Made by a program: the position numbers and the translations under genes. Under the pieces are notes generated by a model. The model did not search any database, was not told the DNA's origin, and saw only the letters and a program-made list of their open reading frames with translations. From Candidatus Latescibacterota bacterium (lineage in GTDB: Bacteria; Latescibacterota; UBA2968; UBA8231): a DNA stretch of 64,000 bases. Below, piece after piece: positions 1-9,933 of this stretch (its first letter is position 1; the number at the start of each line of letters is the position of its first letter). The stretch lies in the NCBI GenBank assembly GCA_965261395.1, contig OZ253462.1, positions 3,584,001 to 3,648,000 of the forward strand. The letters run 5' to 3'.

Positions 1-528
1 GGCATGGTTGGGCAGGGTGGTGCGATAGACCGGCTCGTATTTGAAGACGTCGGCAGTGGCTTGGATGCGCGCCCCGGTGGTGCCATAGACGGTGAACTGT
101 CGCAGCGGGCGGGCACCCTCTTGGTCGGGGAAGGTCAGGCGAATGTGGCGGGCGAGGACGGCGCGCCCCAAGTCGATATCGAGGAACCAGTTTTTGAGCT
201 GGTCGGCCGAGTCGGGCTGCCAGAAGGTCGCGGGATCGCCGTCGATGGCGTTGGCAGCGGTGGTGCGCCCGCTGCCGGCCTGCCAGATGCCGCCTGCTAC
301 TTCGCCTCGTTGCTGGGTGGAATGGGTGAAAAGGTGGGCATCGCGGATGGCGTCCACTTCCTTGCGGTATTTGGTCAGGCGCAGCACGCCCTCCGCATCC
401 ACCTGTACTACCCCCGCCGGCATGGTCCAGCTTTGCCATTTTTCTGCGCTGTCGAAGCTCAGTAGTTCGGCCCAGCCGGGAGTGGCTAGCAAAGCGAGCC
501 AAGCTGTAAAGGCAACGAGGAAGCGCAT
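1..528 (-). CDS. Secreted protein with discoidin/F5-8-like N-terminal region (partial, runs off window start)
   Basis: Not in ORF track. ATG at 528 reads MRFLVAFTAWLALLATPGWAELLSFDS...AANAIDGDPATFWQP...WFLDIDLGRAV. Signal peptide and 'AIDGD..T.W'/'IDLG' motifs; starts 1 nt after the stop of the upstream gene. Confidence 0.75.
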   Translation of the reverse strand, partial: MRFLVAFTAWLALLATPGWAELLSFDSAEKWQSWTMPAGVVQVDAEGVLRLTKYRKEVDAIRDAHLFTHSTQQRGEVAGGIWQAGSGRTTAANAIDGDPATFWQPDSADQLKNWFLDIDLGRAVLARHIRLTFPDQEGARPLRQFTVYGTTGARIQATADVFKYEPVYRTTLPNHA

Positions 529-529
529 T

Positions 530-2542
530 TTAGTAGGCAATGCCTAGCGGGCGCAGCAGGCGTTCGCTGATCCCGTCGGATTGCAGTGCCACTTCGAGTA
601 GGTAGAGGCCGGGCGGCAGGAGTTGTCCTTGGGCGTTGCGTCCGTCCCAGCTAAGGCGCTGCGGTCCGGCAGTCTGTGGCGCAAACGACAGGCGGGCGAC
701 CTGCCGACCATCGAGAGCATACGCCCGCAGTTCGACGGGTACGCCGGCGGGTAGGCGGAAGAGGGAATAAGAGACCTGCAGCAGGTCATTTACACGGTCG
801 CCGTTGGGGGTCAAAATCGGCGTTGAAAAGCGCAGGTTCTGGATTGCGTTGACGCGACCGCCCTGCGCACTCAGCACGCGCAAGCTATTGGTCGATACGG
901 CGGCTGTGGCATCGCCGCCCTGGATGGGTTGGGGTAGGCTTTCGGCCGCGGTGTCGATGGCCTCGCCTTCAAAGGTCGTGGCGAAGACGAAGACGTCGGC
1001 GGTGAACTCGATGCGGATGGGCGCGTTGTTGGCGGCGTGGACCCGCTCGGGCAGCTCGATGAAGAACTGGTCGTCGTTGATCTCGACTCGGCGCGGCTCG
1101 ACGGGCACCAGAGGATCGCCCATCGCCAGCGTCTGCAAGTGGACTCGGCTGCCGGTGCGGATGCGCAGCGCGTCGAAGCCTCGCTCTGAGGCGGCGAAGT
1201 CGGCGCGAATATCGTAGCTGAAGTTGGTCGCCTGCCCTAGGGCCACTTCGGTCAAGCCGCGTGCCTGCGGGTCGTCGAGGCGGGCAACTTCGCCGACGAT
1301 CTGGCGAGCTAGGAGCGGTGCCTGTTCGACCCACAGCGAATCCAAGCGCGTAAAGGCGTCGAAATCCGCGCTGTCGAGGGTGATTTTGAACTGGATATGG
1401 GAGCCGCTGTGCAGATTGAGCGACTGGCCAGGCACGGTGAAGGCGGGCGACCAGAAGGTCCAGTTGTCCTCGTCATAGGCCACGGACGCGCGGACCCCAG
1501 GCCGATCGCTGGCGACGTAGCCGTAGCCTTGCGACTCCTTGAGTTCGTACTCGTAGCGCTGGCGCGAGACTTCCACCTCGCGGCCCTTGTCGTCGAATTC
1601 GCGGTAGATATTGGGGTCTTGGTCGTTACCGGTGCGCACCTCGACGCGCAGCCCGACAGCAGCTTCGGGCGCTGGGACCAAGGCACCGTCCTCCATCCGC
1701 ATGGAGGTCGCCGACCAGAACAGCCGGCCGAAGTTCACTTCCGCGCCCAGATCGATAATTTTGGATAGATATAGCACGCGCTGTGGGACCCCCCGGGCAT
1801 AGAGTTCAAAGTCGCCGATGGTCCCCGGCCGCGCTTGGCCGGATAGCGAGTTTTCTTGGAGGACAAAGGTCGGATCGAGTACAGACTCGTTGCGACGCCA
1901 GCGGATGAAGCGGACATATTGGCGGGGTAGGTCGATTTGTACGGTGGGGGACAGGTTTTCGGCGACGTCGGCGATGAGCGGGCCGATGCGCGCGTAGCCG
2001 TTGTGCCCGTGCCATGCGGGATCGGGTTCGGTGGCGACGCTCACTTCAAAGGCGGGCACAGCATCGTCGGCTAGTGGGGTACCGTTTGAGCGGAAGCCGC
2101 GCGGGGGTGTGAAAAAGCCGAAGCGGATGGCCGGGACGGGCACGGCTACATCGAAGGTAAACCAGTCGAAGCTCCCGAGGTCCGAGGACGGGGGGTTGTA
2201 GGTGGTGCTGTCGCCATCGACTAGGTACGTGGCGTTGTGTACGGTTCGCGAGTCGCCCAAGCCCAGCTTCCAGGCACGGGGTCGCTGGCCATCGACATAG
2301 CCGATTTCGCGGGGAAATTTCCAGGGGGACCAGTTGTCGAGGTGCGAAAAGACGGTCTGGGCCGAGGTCAGGTAGATGGGCTGGATGACCCCGGGGACGG
2401 AATCTAAGTCGATGAAGATGCGGATCGAATCGCTCGCCGACCATGCAAGGCCGCCGCTGCCGCCAAGCTGCCAAGTGCTTATTTGCGCCGACAGAACTCC
2501 GGGCAGCAGAAGTAAGGAGAGGATGGCAACGATGCGGCGCAT
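530..2542 (-). CDS. Secreted protein with C-terminal FlgD-Ig/CTD-like domain
   Basis: Signal peptide MRRIVAILSLLLLPGVLSA; C-terminus 'TPNGDRVND...WDGRNAQGQLLPPGLY'. Confidence 0.8.
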   Translation of the reverse strand: MRRIVAILSLLLLPGVLSAQISTWQLGGSGGLAWSASDSIRIFIDLDSVPGVIQPIYLTSAQTVFSHLDNWSPWKFPREIGYVDGQRPRAWKLGLGDSRTVHNATYLVDGDSTTYNPPSSDLGSFDWFTFDVAVPVPAIRFGFFTPPRGFRSNGTPLADDAVPAFEVSVATEPDPAWHGHNGYARIGPLIADVAENLSPTVQIDLPRQYVRFIRWRRNESVLDPTFVLQENSLSGQARPGTIGDFELYARGVPQRVLYLSKIIDLGAEVNFGRLFWSATSMRMEDGALVPAPEAAVGLRVEVRTGNDQDPNIYREFDDKGREVEVSRQRYEYELKESQGYGYVASDRPGVRASVAYDEDNWTFWSPAFTVPGQSLNLHSGSHIQFKITLDSADFDAFTRLDSLWVEQAPLLARQIVGEVARLDDPQARGLTEVALGQATNFSYDIRADFAASERGFDALRIRTGSRVHLQTLAMGDPLVPVEPRRVEINDDQFFIELPERVHAANNAPIRIEFTADVFVFATTFEGEAIDTAAESLPQPIQGGDATAAVSTNSLRVLSAQGGRVNAIQNLRFSTPILTPNGDRVNDLLQVSYSLFRLPAGVPVELRAYALDGRQVARLSFAPQTAGPQRLSWDGRNAQGQLLPPGLYLLEVALQSDGISERLLRPLGIAY

Positions 2543-2612
2543 GGGCAGGGCTTTCGGGAGACAAGCATATATAAAAGCTAAATACGCAAAATCGGTCGTC
2601 TGGACAAGTGGC

Positions 2613-3833
2613 CTATGCCCCGAATGGCACCAGCCAATCCTCCTCAATCCCCAAGTCGAAACCCGGTCCTCGTGGCACAAATTCCAGATAGCTGTCTTTG
2701 GGCACCAGCGCCCCCGGCTCGGCTACTTCCTCCAGTGGGATCCCCGGGTCCGAGCCGATGTAGTATTCGCCCCAAGGCGTATTGGGCATCGCCCAAGTCA
2801 AGTGTTGGCCATAGGGATCGCGCCCCCCGCCGTGGAGGCAGACTTCAAGGCCGGCGGCCTCGGCCATGTGGCAGATTTTGATACAGGCGGTCAGCCCGCC
2901 GACCCAGTGGATATCGGGTTGCAGCACGTCGAGGGCGCGGTGCTCGATCATCTGCTGGTAGGGGTAGTGCGTGTAGAAGTGTTCGCCGCTAGCTAGCGTT
3001 TGCCAGGGCAGGCACTCTTTGAGTTTGATATGGCTTTTGACGTCTTCGGGGATCAGGCACTCCTCCAGCCAGCGCAACTTGTAGGGTCTGAGGCGCTCGG
3101 CTAGGCGGACGCTGTATTCGACGTCAAAGGCCATGTAGCAGTCGAGCATGAGTTCGCAGTCGTCGCCGACCAATGCGCGGACTTCGGCGACCCGCCGCTC
3201 GTTTTGGTCTAGGCCCCACAGGCCGTCGGCGGGGCCGTATTGGCAGGGGAGTTTGAAGGCGCGGAAGCCCAACTCGCGGTACCAATCGACGTCGTCGCCG
3301 GTGGCGTAGGTGAAGATTCGCTCCCGGGCCGGGCCGCCGATGAGTTGGTACACGGGTTTTTGTTGCAGCTTGCCGGCCAGATCCCACAGCGCTAGGTCCA
3401 CGGCGCTAATGGCGACGGTGGCAATGCCGACGGTGCCGAAAGGTTTGGAGACGCGGAACATCATATCCCACAGCTTGTCGATGGCCAGGCAGTCCTCGCC
3501 TATGAGGATATGGGCGAAGGCGTCTTCGACGACCGCAGCGGTGGGCCGACCCGCGGCCGTGCCCAGTCCCCAAGTGCCGTCTTCGGCTGTGACTTTGACT
3601 GCGAAGCCGGGCCATTGCTGGGCGGCGTAGAGTTGGCGACGAGGCTTGAAGCGCGGGAAACGCGACATTGGGTTGGCTACTTCAATCTCGGTGGGCCAAG
3701 CCTTGCGGCGGGGTTGGCTCTGCTGCGCGGGGGCCGTCGAAGCGGAGAGCGTCGAGCCAGCTTGGGAACGGGCGCTGAGCGAAGGGCCGTCGGGGCGTTC
3801 GATGCGGACTAGGTCGATGGATTTGATTTTCAT
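2613..3833 (-). CDS. Mandelate racemase/enolase superfamily sugar-acid dehydratase (L-rhamnonate dehydratase-like)
   Basis: Motifs SAVDLALWDL, FKL, LMLDC, WLEE, SGEH, QPDI, CLHG; start MKIKSI at 3833. Confidence 0.85.
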   Translation of the reverse strand: MKIKSIDLVRIERPDGPSLSARSQAGSTLSASTAPAQQSQPRRKAWPTEIEVANPMSRFPRFKPRRQLYAAQQWPGFAVKVTAEDGTWGLGTAAGRPTAAVVEDAFAHILIGEDCLAIDKLWDMMFRVSKPFGTVGIATVAISAVDLALWDLAGKLQQKPVYQLIGGPARERIFTYATGDDVDWYRELGFRAFKLPCQYGPADGLWGLDQNERRVAEVRALVGDDCELMLDCYMAFDVEYSVRLAERLRPYKLRWLEECLIPEDVKSHIKLKECLPWQTLASGEHFYTHYPYQQMIEHRALDVLQPDIHWVGGLTACIKICHMAEAAGLEVCLHGGGRDPYGQHLTWAMPNTPWGEYYIGSDPGIPLEEVAEPGALVPKDSYLEFVPRGPGFDLGIEEDWLVPFGA

Positions 3834-3982
3834 TGGAGTGCTCGCGGTTTGTATTGTTATGTTGCGGCCGCCGAATGGACTGAGTAAAGGCGAGGTGTTC
3901 GAGGCTTCGAAGGTAGTTCCCACATCACGTAGGTCAAGCCGGGATGGCGTTAGAGCACATAATGTCTTTGGGATGAGTCTTG

Positions 3983-4016
3983 TTGCCGGTATTCCTTTGA
4001 TGGAATACATTAGACT
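3983..4016 (+). promoter_or_regulatory. Promoter and 7-6-7 palindromic operator of TA operon
   Basis: TTGCCG(3983)-17-TACATT(4006); perfect inverted repeat GTATTCC-N6-GGAATAC at 3989-4008. Confidence 0.6.
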
Positions 4017-4022
4017 GTCGGA

Positions 4023-4385
4023 ATGACTTGGAATGCTGAATATACGAACGAGTTTGGCGAATGGTGGGATGGGCTTGCAGAGAGCGTGCAGGACGATATT
4101 ACCGCCACGGTTGAGTTGCTCTTGGAGCACGGCCCTCACCTGCTGCATCCCTATTCATCGGGTATCCAGGGTTCACGCCACGGACATATGCGCGAGCTTA
4201 GGGTACAAAGCAGCGGTAGGCCAATTCGCGTCTTCTATGCTTTTGATCCGAGACGGGTAGCGATCCTATTGATCGGAGGCGACAAGACGGGTAATGATCG
4301 GTTTTACGAGCAGTACGTACCGGTAGCTGACAAACTTTACGATGAGCATCTTGAAACCTTGCAAAAGGAAGGATTGATCCCATGA
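4023..4385 (+). CDS. RelE/ParE (HigB/Gp49-like) type II toxin
   Basis: MRELRVQ..GRPIRVFYAFDPRRVAILLIGGDK; overlaps downstream HTH gene by 4 nt. Confidence 0.9.
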   Translation: MTWNAEYTNEFGEWWDGLAESVQDDITATVELLLEHGPHLLHPYSSGIQGSRHGHMRELRVQSSGRPIRVFYAFDPRRVAILLIGGDKTGNDRFYEQYVPVADKLYDEHLETLQKEGLIP

Positions 4386-4726
4386 GCGGGCACCGTCCCT
4401 TTAGTGAGTTGACCAAGGACTTCACGCCGGAGCGCCGTCAGCGCATTGAGGCGAAAAAGGCTGAATTGCGAGCCGCTATGCCGCTGCACGAGCTACGGCA
4501 GGCACAGGTTATGACCCAGAAGGCACTTGGCGAGACTTTGGCGGTGAACCAACCCGCCATCGCCAAGATGGAACGGCGGACAGATATGTACGTCTCGACT
4601 CTTCGCTCCTACATCGAAGCACTGGGCGGACGGCTGAAGATCGTCGCCGAGTTCCCGGAAGGCGAAGTCGCAATAACCAACTTCTCGGACGCGGGCGATG
4701 GTGTAGAGCTTCAGGATAGGGAATAA
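4382..4726 (+). CDS. XRE-HTH antitoxin (HigA-like)
   Basis: LHELRQA..MTQKALGETLAVNQPAIAKME..DMYVSTLRSYIEALGG. Confidence 0.9.
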   Translation: MSGHRPFSELTKDFTPERRQRIEAKKAELRAAMPLHELRQAQVMTQKALGETLAVNQPAIAKMERRTDMYVSTLRSYIEALGGRLKIVAEFPEGEVAITNFSDAGDGVELQDRE

Positions 4727-4735
4727 ACCGACCTA

Positions 4736-5773
4736 TTACCCGTTACCTCCCCAGGCGAGGGATTCGGCTTCGGTTGCCGACAGGGTGAGATCGGCTTCTG
4801 AGGCGGCTGGTTCTTTCCACGTGGCTAGCAGATCGGCTAACTCGGCGAGGGAAGCGGTGGTCAGCAGGCGGCGGCGCAGTTCAGAGGCTCGGGGCAAGCT
4901 CTTGAAGTAGAGCGCGAGGTGCTTGCGCGTCTCGCGGATGCCGGCGTGCTCGCCTTTGTACGCGGCCATCAGGCGGAGCTGCTCCAGTGCCAAGTTGATG
5001 CGCTCGGCGAGGGTTGCGCCGCTGCGGCCGGAAAAGAGCCAGGGATTGGCCAGTGCCGCCCGCCCGACCATGACTGCGGCACAGCCTGTTTCTCGCTGCA
5101 TGAGGCGGGCGTCGTCGAGAGTGAGTACGTCGCCGTTGCCGATGATGGGCAGCGAGGAGGCTTCGACGGCGCGGCCGATCCAATGCCAGTTGGCTCGGCC
5201 CTTGTATTTTTGCACGACGGTGCGGGCGTGAATGGCCACTGCTTGGGCACCGGCGTCCTCACAGCGGCGCACCACTTCGAGGATATTGATCTGCTCCTCG
5301 TCCCAGCCTAGGCGCGTCTTGACGATGACTGGAACCGAGACGGCTTTGACGGTGCGCTCAACGGCCTGATAGAGCCGATCCAGATCGCGCAAATAGGCCG
5401 CGCCGCAGCCTTTGGCGACGATCTTGGGTACGGAACATCCGAAATTGATGTCCACCACCTGCGCGCCGCGTCGCTCGAATTCCCGCGCCCCATTGGCGAT
5501 CAGGTCAATGTCGTTGCCGTAGATTTGCGCGGCCAGCAGCGAGATGCCGGTGTCGGCGTAGATGGGCGCGTCGGAAAAGTCGAGCATCTGCAAGCTCTTG
5601 CGCGAGCGGATGCCGATGGCGCGGCAGTTGATAAATTCAACTCCGACCAGCCGCGCCCCGAGGCGAGCGCAGATAAGGCGAAAGACCCAGTTGCTCACCC
5701 CAGCCATCGGCGCTAGGGTGAGGATGGGCATATTCTCCTTGAAGGGATTGAGCTGGTGGGGGCCGAGTTGCAC
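4736..5773 (-). CDS. dusB: tRNA-dihydrouridine synthase
   Basis: LAPMAGVS, DINFGC, VKTRLGW, AIHART, IGNGD, VMVGRAAL.NPW. Confidence 0.85.
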   Translation of the reverse strand: MQLGPHQLNPFKENMPILTLAPMAGVSNWVFRLICARLGARLVGVEFINCRAIGIRSRKSLQMLDFSDAPIYADTGISLLAAQIYGNDIDLIANGAREFERRGAQVVDINFGCSVPKIVAKGCGAAYLRDLDRLYQAVERTVKAVSVPVIVKTRLGWDEEQINILEVVRRCEDAGAQAVAIHARTVVQKYKGRANWHWIGRAVEASSLPIIGNGDVLTLDDARLMQRETGCAAVMVGRAALANPWLFSGRSGATLAERINLALEQLRLMAAYKGEHAGIRETRKHLALYFKSLPRASELRRRLLTTASLAELADLLATWKEPAASEADLTLSATEAESLAWGGNG

Positions 5774-5777
5774 GAGC

Positions 5778-6101
5778 TTACAGTGGGTTTTCCATCTGCA
5801 ACTTGGCGGCGATGGCCTTTTCTCTTTCGGCCTCGGCGATCATGCCTTTGCGCTGGTAGAACATGGAGAGGCTGGTGTGGACGAGGAAGTCGTCGGGGTG
5901 GTGCTCGGCGGCCTTTTGCGCCGCGCTGAGCGCTTGGTCGAGGTCGCCCAACTTCTCGTGGCAATGCGCCATCGCTTGGTAGGCATCGGCAAATTGCGGG
6001 TCGAGGGCGATGGCTTGGTCGAGGTCGTCCAAGGCGCCGGCGAAGTCTTGGTGGGCGAATTTGTTCATGCCGCTCTTGTAGAGGGTCATTTTGTCGGTCA
6101 T
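5778..6101 (-). CDS. Small tetratricopeptide-repeat protein
   Basis: MTDKMTLYKSG...ALDDLDQAIALDPQFADAYQAMAHCHEKLG; only the 3' part of the long ORF is credible. Confidence 0.8.
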   Translation of the reverse strand: MTDKMTLYKSGMNKFAHQDFAGALDDLDQAIALDPQFADAYQAMAHCHEKLGDLDQALSAAQKAAEHHPDDFLVHTSLSMFYQRKGMIAEAEREKAIAAKLQMENPL

Positions 6102-6203
6102 AGCGCGATTCCTTGTTGGTGATGCGTAGTCAGAAGGTAGCGCAAAGTTATATATTGATGCAACGGCGTCAGACTTGGGAAACGAGCGAACAAAGGAGGA
6201 GCC

Positions 6204-7298
6204 ATGTTGCACTGGGCTGTGTTGGGCGCGGCCTTGCTGGCCTCTGCCGCCGAGGGACAACCGCGCTTTGACATCGACTACGTAGAGAGCATTGAGCCGC
6301 GGACCTATGTGGCGCATCGCACGGCCGGGGCCATCGACATCGACGGCAATCTCGACGAGCCGTCTTGGCAGCGGGCCGATTGGACCGAGCTTTTCGTCGA
6401 TATTGAGGGCGAGCGCAAACCCGTGCCGCGCCTGCAGACGCGGGCCAAGATGCTGTGGGACGACGAGTATCTGTATATAGCCGCTGATTTGGAGGAGCCG
6501 CACGTGTGGGCCACAATTGCTCTGCGCGACGCGACGATCTACCAAGAAAACGACTTTGAGGTCTTTATCGACCCGGACGGCGATACCCATCAGTACTACG
6601 AGTTCGAGATCAATGCCCTCGGCACGGAGTGGGATTTGTTGCTGGTCAAGCCCTACCGAGACGGTGGCCCCTTCATCGGTGCTTGGGACATCGCCGGTCT
6701 GCAAACGGCGGTGCGCGTATGGGGCAGCATCAACGATCCCAGCGATGAGGATCAGGGTTGGTCTGTGGAGATGGCCTTTCCGTGGGCCGTGCTGGCCGAG
6801 GCCACGCACAAGAAGGTGCCGCCCATGGATGGCGATCAATGGCGGATCAACTTTTCGCGGGTGCAATGGGCCTTGGCTGACGATCTGGGCAAGTACGTCA
6901 AAATAGAGGGCCACAGCCCGGACAACTGGGTCTGGTCGCCGCAAGGGTTGGTTAATATGCACTACCCAGAAAAGTGGGGGTTCGTGCAATTTGCCGCCGA
7001 GGTCGTCGGGCGGCAAAAGGTGTCCTTTCGCCCGGCAGTCGCCGAGGAGGCCAAGCACGTTTTGCGCGGGATCTATTACCGCCAAAAGAATTTTCGCCGC
7101 GAGCGCGGCCGCTATGCGTCTAGCTTGGACTCGCTCGGCATGGAGGTTCGGGTCTTGCAGCACTTCCGCTGGCCGCCGGTCATCCAAGTGACCGATCAGC
7201 AATTTGAGGCGCAGCTAGAGGAAGCCGTCGATTTGGACGCAGACGGCGCAATCAACCGCTGGCTCATCCGTGCGGACTCGCGCACTTGGCGCGATTAG
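6204..7298 (+). CDS. Secreted carbohydrate-binding family 9-like protein
   Basis: Signal peptide; IDGNLDEPSW, KMLWDDEYLY, FEVFIDPDGD..YYEFEINALG, WSVEMAFPW, WRINFSR; SD AAAGGAGG. Confidence 0.85.
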   Translation: MLHWAVLGAALLASAAEGQPRFDIDYVESIEPRTYVAHRTAGAIDIDGNLDEPSWQRADWTELFVDIEGERKPVPRLQTRAKMLWDDEYLYIAADLEEPHVWATIALRDATIYQENDFEVFIDPDGDTHQYYEFEINALGTEWDLLLVKPYRDGGPFIGAWDIAGLQTAVRVWGSINDPSDEDQGWSVEMAFPWAVLAEATHKKVPPMDGDQWRINFSRVQWALADDLGKYVKIEGHSPDNWVWSPQGLVNMHYPEKWGFVQFAAEVVGRQKVSFRPAVAEEAKHVLRGIYYRQKNFRRERGRYASSLDSLGMEVRVLQHFRWPPVIQVTDQQFEAQLEEAVDLDADGAINRWLIRADSRTWRD

Positions 7299-7382
7299 GG
7301 CCGGTCGCAAAATTGCTCCGCCGCCGAAATCACCCTATACTGCCTTGCCCATATCCACGAACCATTTGCTAAGGAGGCCCTT

Positions 7383-7841
7383 GTGAAGAATGGAAAATTG
7401 ATGCTTCTGCTCGCCTGTTGTCTTTTGGCCCCAGCCGCGCCGCTGTTGGCGCACTGCGAGATTCCCTGCGGCGTTTATGGAGACGATGCGCGTTTTGCCG
7501 CGATTGAGGAAGATCTGACGACCATTGAGAAGTCCATGACGCAGATCGCGGCGTTGGCGGGCCAGAGCGACGCCCAAAGCGCGAACCAGCTAGCGAGGTG
7601 GGTGGCGAACAAGGAAGAGCACGCCAACAAAATCCAGCACGTCGTCACCCAGTATTTTATGACGCAGCGGCTCAAGGAGGTGGAAGAAGGAGATGAAGCG
7701 ATGGCCGCATATACCGATAAGCTGGTGCTTTTGCACAAGATGCTCCGGGGGGCCATGAAGTGCAAGCAGACGGTGGATGTCGGGCAAGTGGAGAAGATGC
7801 GGGCCTTGTTGCACGAGTTTAAGCACGCCTATCAAAACTGA
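7383..7841 (+). CDS. sodN: Nickel superoxide dismutase precursor with signal-peptide-like leader
   Basis: Ni-hook HCEIPCGVY directly after ..PLLA; RWV.NKEEHA; SD AAGGAGG. Confidence 0.92.
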   Translation: MKNGKLMLLLACCLLAPAAPLLAHCEIPCGVYGDDARFAAIEEDLTTIEKSMTQIAALAGQSDAQSANQLARWVANKEEHANKIQHVVTQYFMTQRLKEVEEGDEAMAAYTDKLVLLHKMLRGAMKCKQTVDVGQVEKMRALLHEFKHAYQN

Positions 7842-7865
7842 CGCATTCTTAAACCTCGCTGGTGG

Positions 7866-7905
7866 AAGCCCCGTCTCCCCTTTGTGGAGATGGGGCTTTT
7901 TTGTT
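7866..7905. terminator. Intrinsic terminator between convergent sodN and LTD gene
   Basis: AAGCCCCGTCTCC-loop-GGAGATGGGGCTT followed by T-tract on the + strand. Confidence 0.8.
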
Positions 7906-9792
7906 TTAGCGGAGGAGGAGCAGCTTGGCGTAGCGCGGGGGGCTATGCTCCATATGGAAGCGGACGAAGTACGGACCGGTAGCTGCCGAATGGCCGCGTT
8001 CGTCGCGGCCATCCCATGTCGTCTGGTGTGCGCCGGCGTGGAGCGGCGCGTCCACGAGCGTGCGCACGAGTTGGCCTTGGACGTTGTAGATGGCCACATG
8101 GACGAATGCGGCATGGGGGAGGTGGAAGCGGAGGTGGGTCGTTGTGTTGAAGGGGTTGGGCCAAACTTGGAGTGAGGTTGTAGATACCATTTCAAGTGTT
8201 TTGGACGCTGGTTCGGGTGGGGTTTCTGCGGCGCATCCGGGAGAAAAGGGAGCTTGGGTTGGCGAGGCGGTTTTGTGCGGGACAAACGCGCCGCCGTCGG
8301 GTGGCGTGCGGACGATAGACTGGTCGTCGGGCCAAGTGGAGTGGGAGACCCGGGCGACGAGATAGCCGGTTTTGTCGATTAGGTAGATGGCTTCGCCGTT
8401 GTTGGTTAGTCCGTTGCAGATAGACCCATCGGCGGTATAGACGGGGACGGTGAACCCCGAGGGGTTGCCGCCGCCGAAGAGGACCACGTACGAGTGAGGG
8501 GCAATGACGGCACCGGGTGGGAAGCAGAAGTAACCGTTTAAGGAGGCCGTATCGCCCAACTGCCAACTGGCCAAGGAAATGGTATCTGCACCAGCGTTGT
8601 AGATTTCGATGAATTCGTCTTCATAGGGATCTTGCCGACCATCGCGATTGGCGTCGCCGGCTAGTCCTTCGGGTGGGTCGGCGAGCACCTCGCTGATGAA
8701 GAGGGGGTAGGTGGGTCTGGGTCTGGGCGGCGCTGGTCCGGTCGGCGGTTCTGGGGCGTATCCGGGTGAAAAGGGTGCCCTAGTCTGCGAGGCGGTTTTG
8801 TGCGGGACGAACGCTTCCTCATTCGGTGACGTGCAGACGAGGGATTGGGCGTTGGGCCAAGTGGACTGGGAAAGAAACGAGATCTCATGGCCGTGATCGT
8901 CGATCAGGTGGATAGACTCACCGCTGTCGGTCAGACCATCGCCGATGGTTCCGTCGTCGGTATAGACAGGGATGGTGAACCCCGCCGGGTTGCCGCCGCC
9001 GAAGAGGACCACGTACGAGTCGGGGGCAATGACGGCATCGGACGGGAAGCGGAAGTAACCGCGCAAGGATCCAGCGTCGCCCAAGCGCCAGCCGGCTAGG
9101 GAGATGGGAATAGGGCCGGCGTTGTAGATTTCGATGAACTCGTCTTCATACGGGTCGCGCTGACCATCTCGATTGGCGTCGCCGGCTAGTCCCGGAGGTG
9201 GGTCGGCGAGCACTTCGCTGATGATGAGGGAATAGGTCAAGGAATGCTGCGTTCCCGGGGCGTGTCCGGGTGAGAAGGGGGCCTTGTTATGCGAGACGGT
9301 TTTGTGCGGGACGAACGCGCTGCTGTCCGGTGAAGTGCAGACGAGGGATTGGTCGTCGGGCCACGTCGATTGGAAGAGGGACGCGACCTCATCGCCGTGC
9401 TTGTTGATCAGATGGATGGACTCGCCGGTGTCGGTTAGTCCATCGCCGATGGTTCCGTCGTCGGTATAGACGGGGATGGTGAACCCCGAGGGATTGCCGC
9501 CGCCGAAGAGGACAACGTACGAGCCGGGTTCAATGACAGCGCCGGGCGGGAAGCGGAAGTAATTGCTCAGGGCCCCCGCGTCGCCCAATCGCCAACCGGC
9601 TAGGGAGATGCGACGTGAGCCGGTGTTGTAGAGTTCGATGAATTCGTCTTCATGCGGGTCGCACAGACCGTCGCGATTGGCGTCGCCCGGCGGGTCGGCG
9701 AGCACTTCGGTGATGATGACGTTGGCTGCGGCGAGGGATGGGAGCAAGAGCAGCGTCAGCAGGGCGAGGTGTATGTATCGGAGGTAGAACAT
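7906..9792 (-). CDS. Secreted lamin-tail-domain repeat protein (3 LTD modules + FlgD-Ig/CTD-like tail)
   Basis: Signal peptide; 3x I(T/S)EVLADPP..DANRDG...EDEFIE.YN.G...ISLA.W; tail WPNPFN...IYNVQGQLVRTLVD...WDGRDE...KLLLLR. Confidence 0.85.
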   Translation of the reverse strand: MFYLRYIHLALLTLLLLPSLAAANVIITEVLADPPGDANRDGLCDPHEDEFIELYNTGSRRISLAGWRLGDAGALSNYFRFPPGAVIEPGSYVVLFGGGNPSGFTIPVYTDDGTIGDGLTDTGESIHLINKHGDEVASLFQSTWPDDQSLVCTSPDSSAFVPHKTVSHNKAPFSPGHAPGTQHSLTYSLIISEVLADPPPGLAGDANRDGQRDPYEDEFIEIYNAGPIPISLAGWRLGDAGSLRGYFRFPSDAVIAPDSYVVLFGGGNPAGFTIPVYTDDGTIGDGLTDSGESIHLIDDHGHEISFLSQSTWPNAQSLVCTSPNEEAFVPHKTASQTRAPFSPGYAPEPPTGPAPPRPRPTYPLFISEVLADPPEGLAGDANRDGRQDPYEDEFIEIYNAGADTISLASWQLGDTASLNGYFCFPPGAVIAPHSYVVLFGGGNPSGFTVPVYTADGSICNGLTNNGEAIYLIDKTGYLVARVSHSTWPDDQSIVRTPPDGGAFVPHKTASPTQAPFSPGCAAETPPEPASKTLEMVSTTSLQVWPNPFNTTTHLRFHLPHAAFVHVAIYNVQGQLVRTLVDAPLHAGAHQTTWDGRDERGHSAATGPYFVRFHMEHSPPRYAKLLLLR

Positions 9793-9899
9793 GACAGTTA
9801 TTCCCCTTTCCAAAGAACCACTACCGCTATTTAAGACTGTCCACGTTGTCCTACAGATCCCGCCTGTCGGATCAACAGACCCGGCGAAGTGAGCCTACT

Positions 9900-9931
9900 T
9901 CGTCTCCCTTTGTGGAGATGGGGCTTTTTTG
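9900..9931. terminator. Truncated copy of the 7866 terminator hairpin
   Basis: CGTCTCCCTTTGTGGAGATGGGGCTTTTTT; right arm matches the 7886-7902 arm. Confidence 0.6.
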
Positions 9932-9933
9932 TT

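Noticed and set aside
5778-7202. 474-aa minus-strand ORF
   Set aside because: The first ~367 codons are the antisense shadow of the CBM9-like gene; only 5778..6101 (TPR) is credible.
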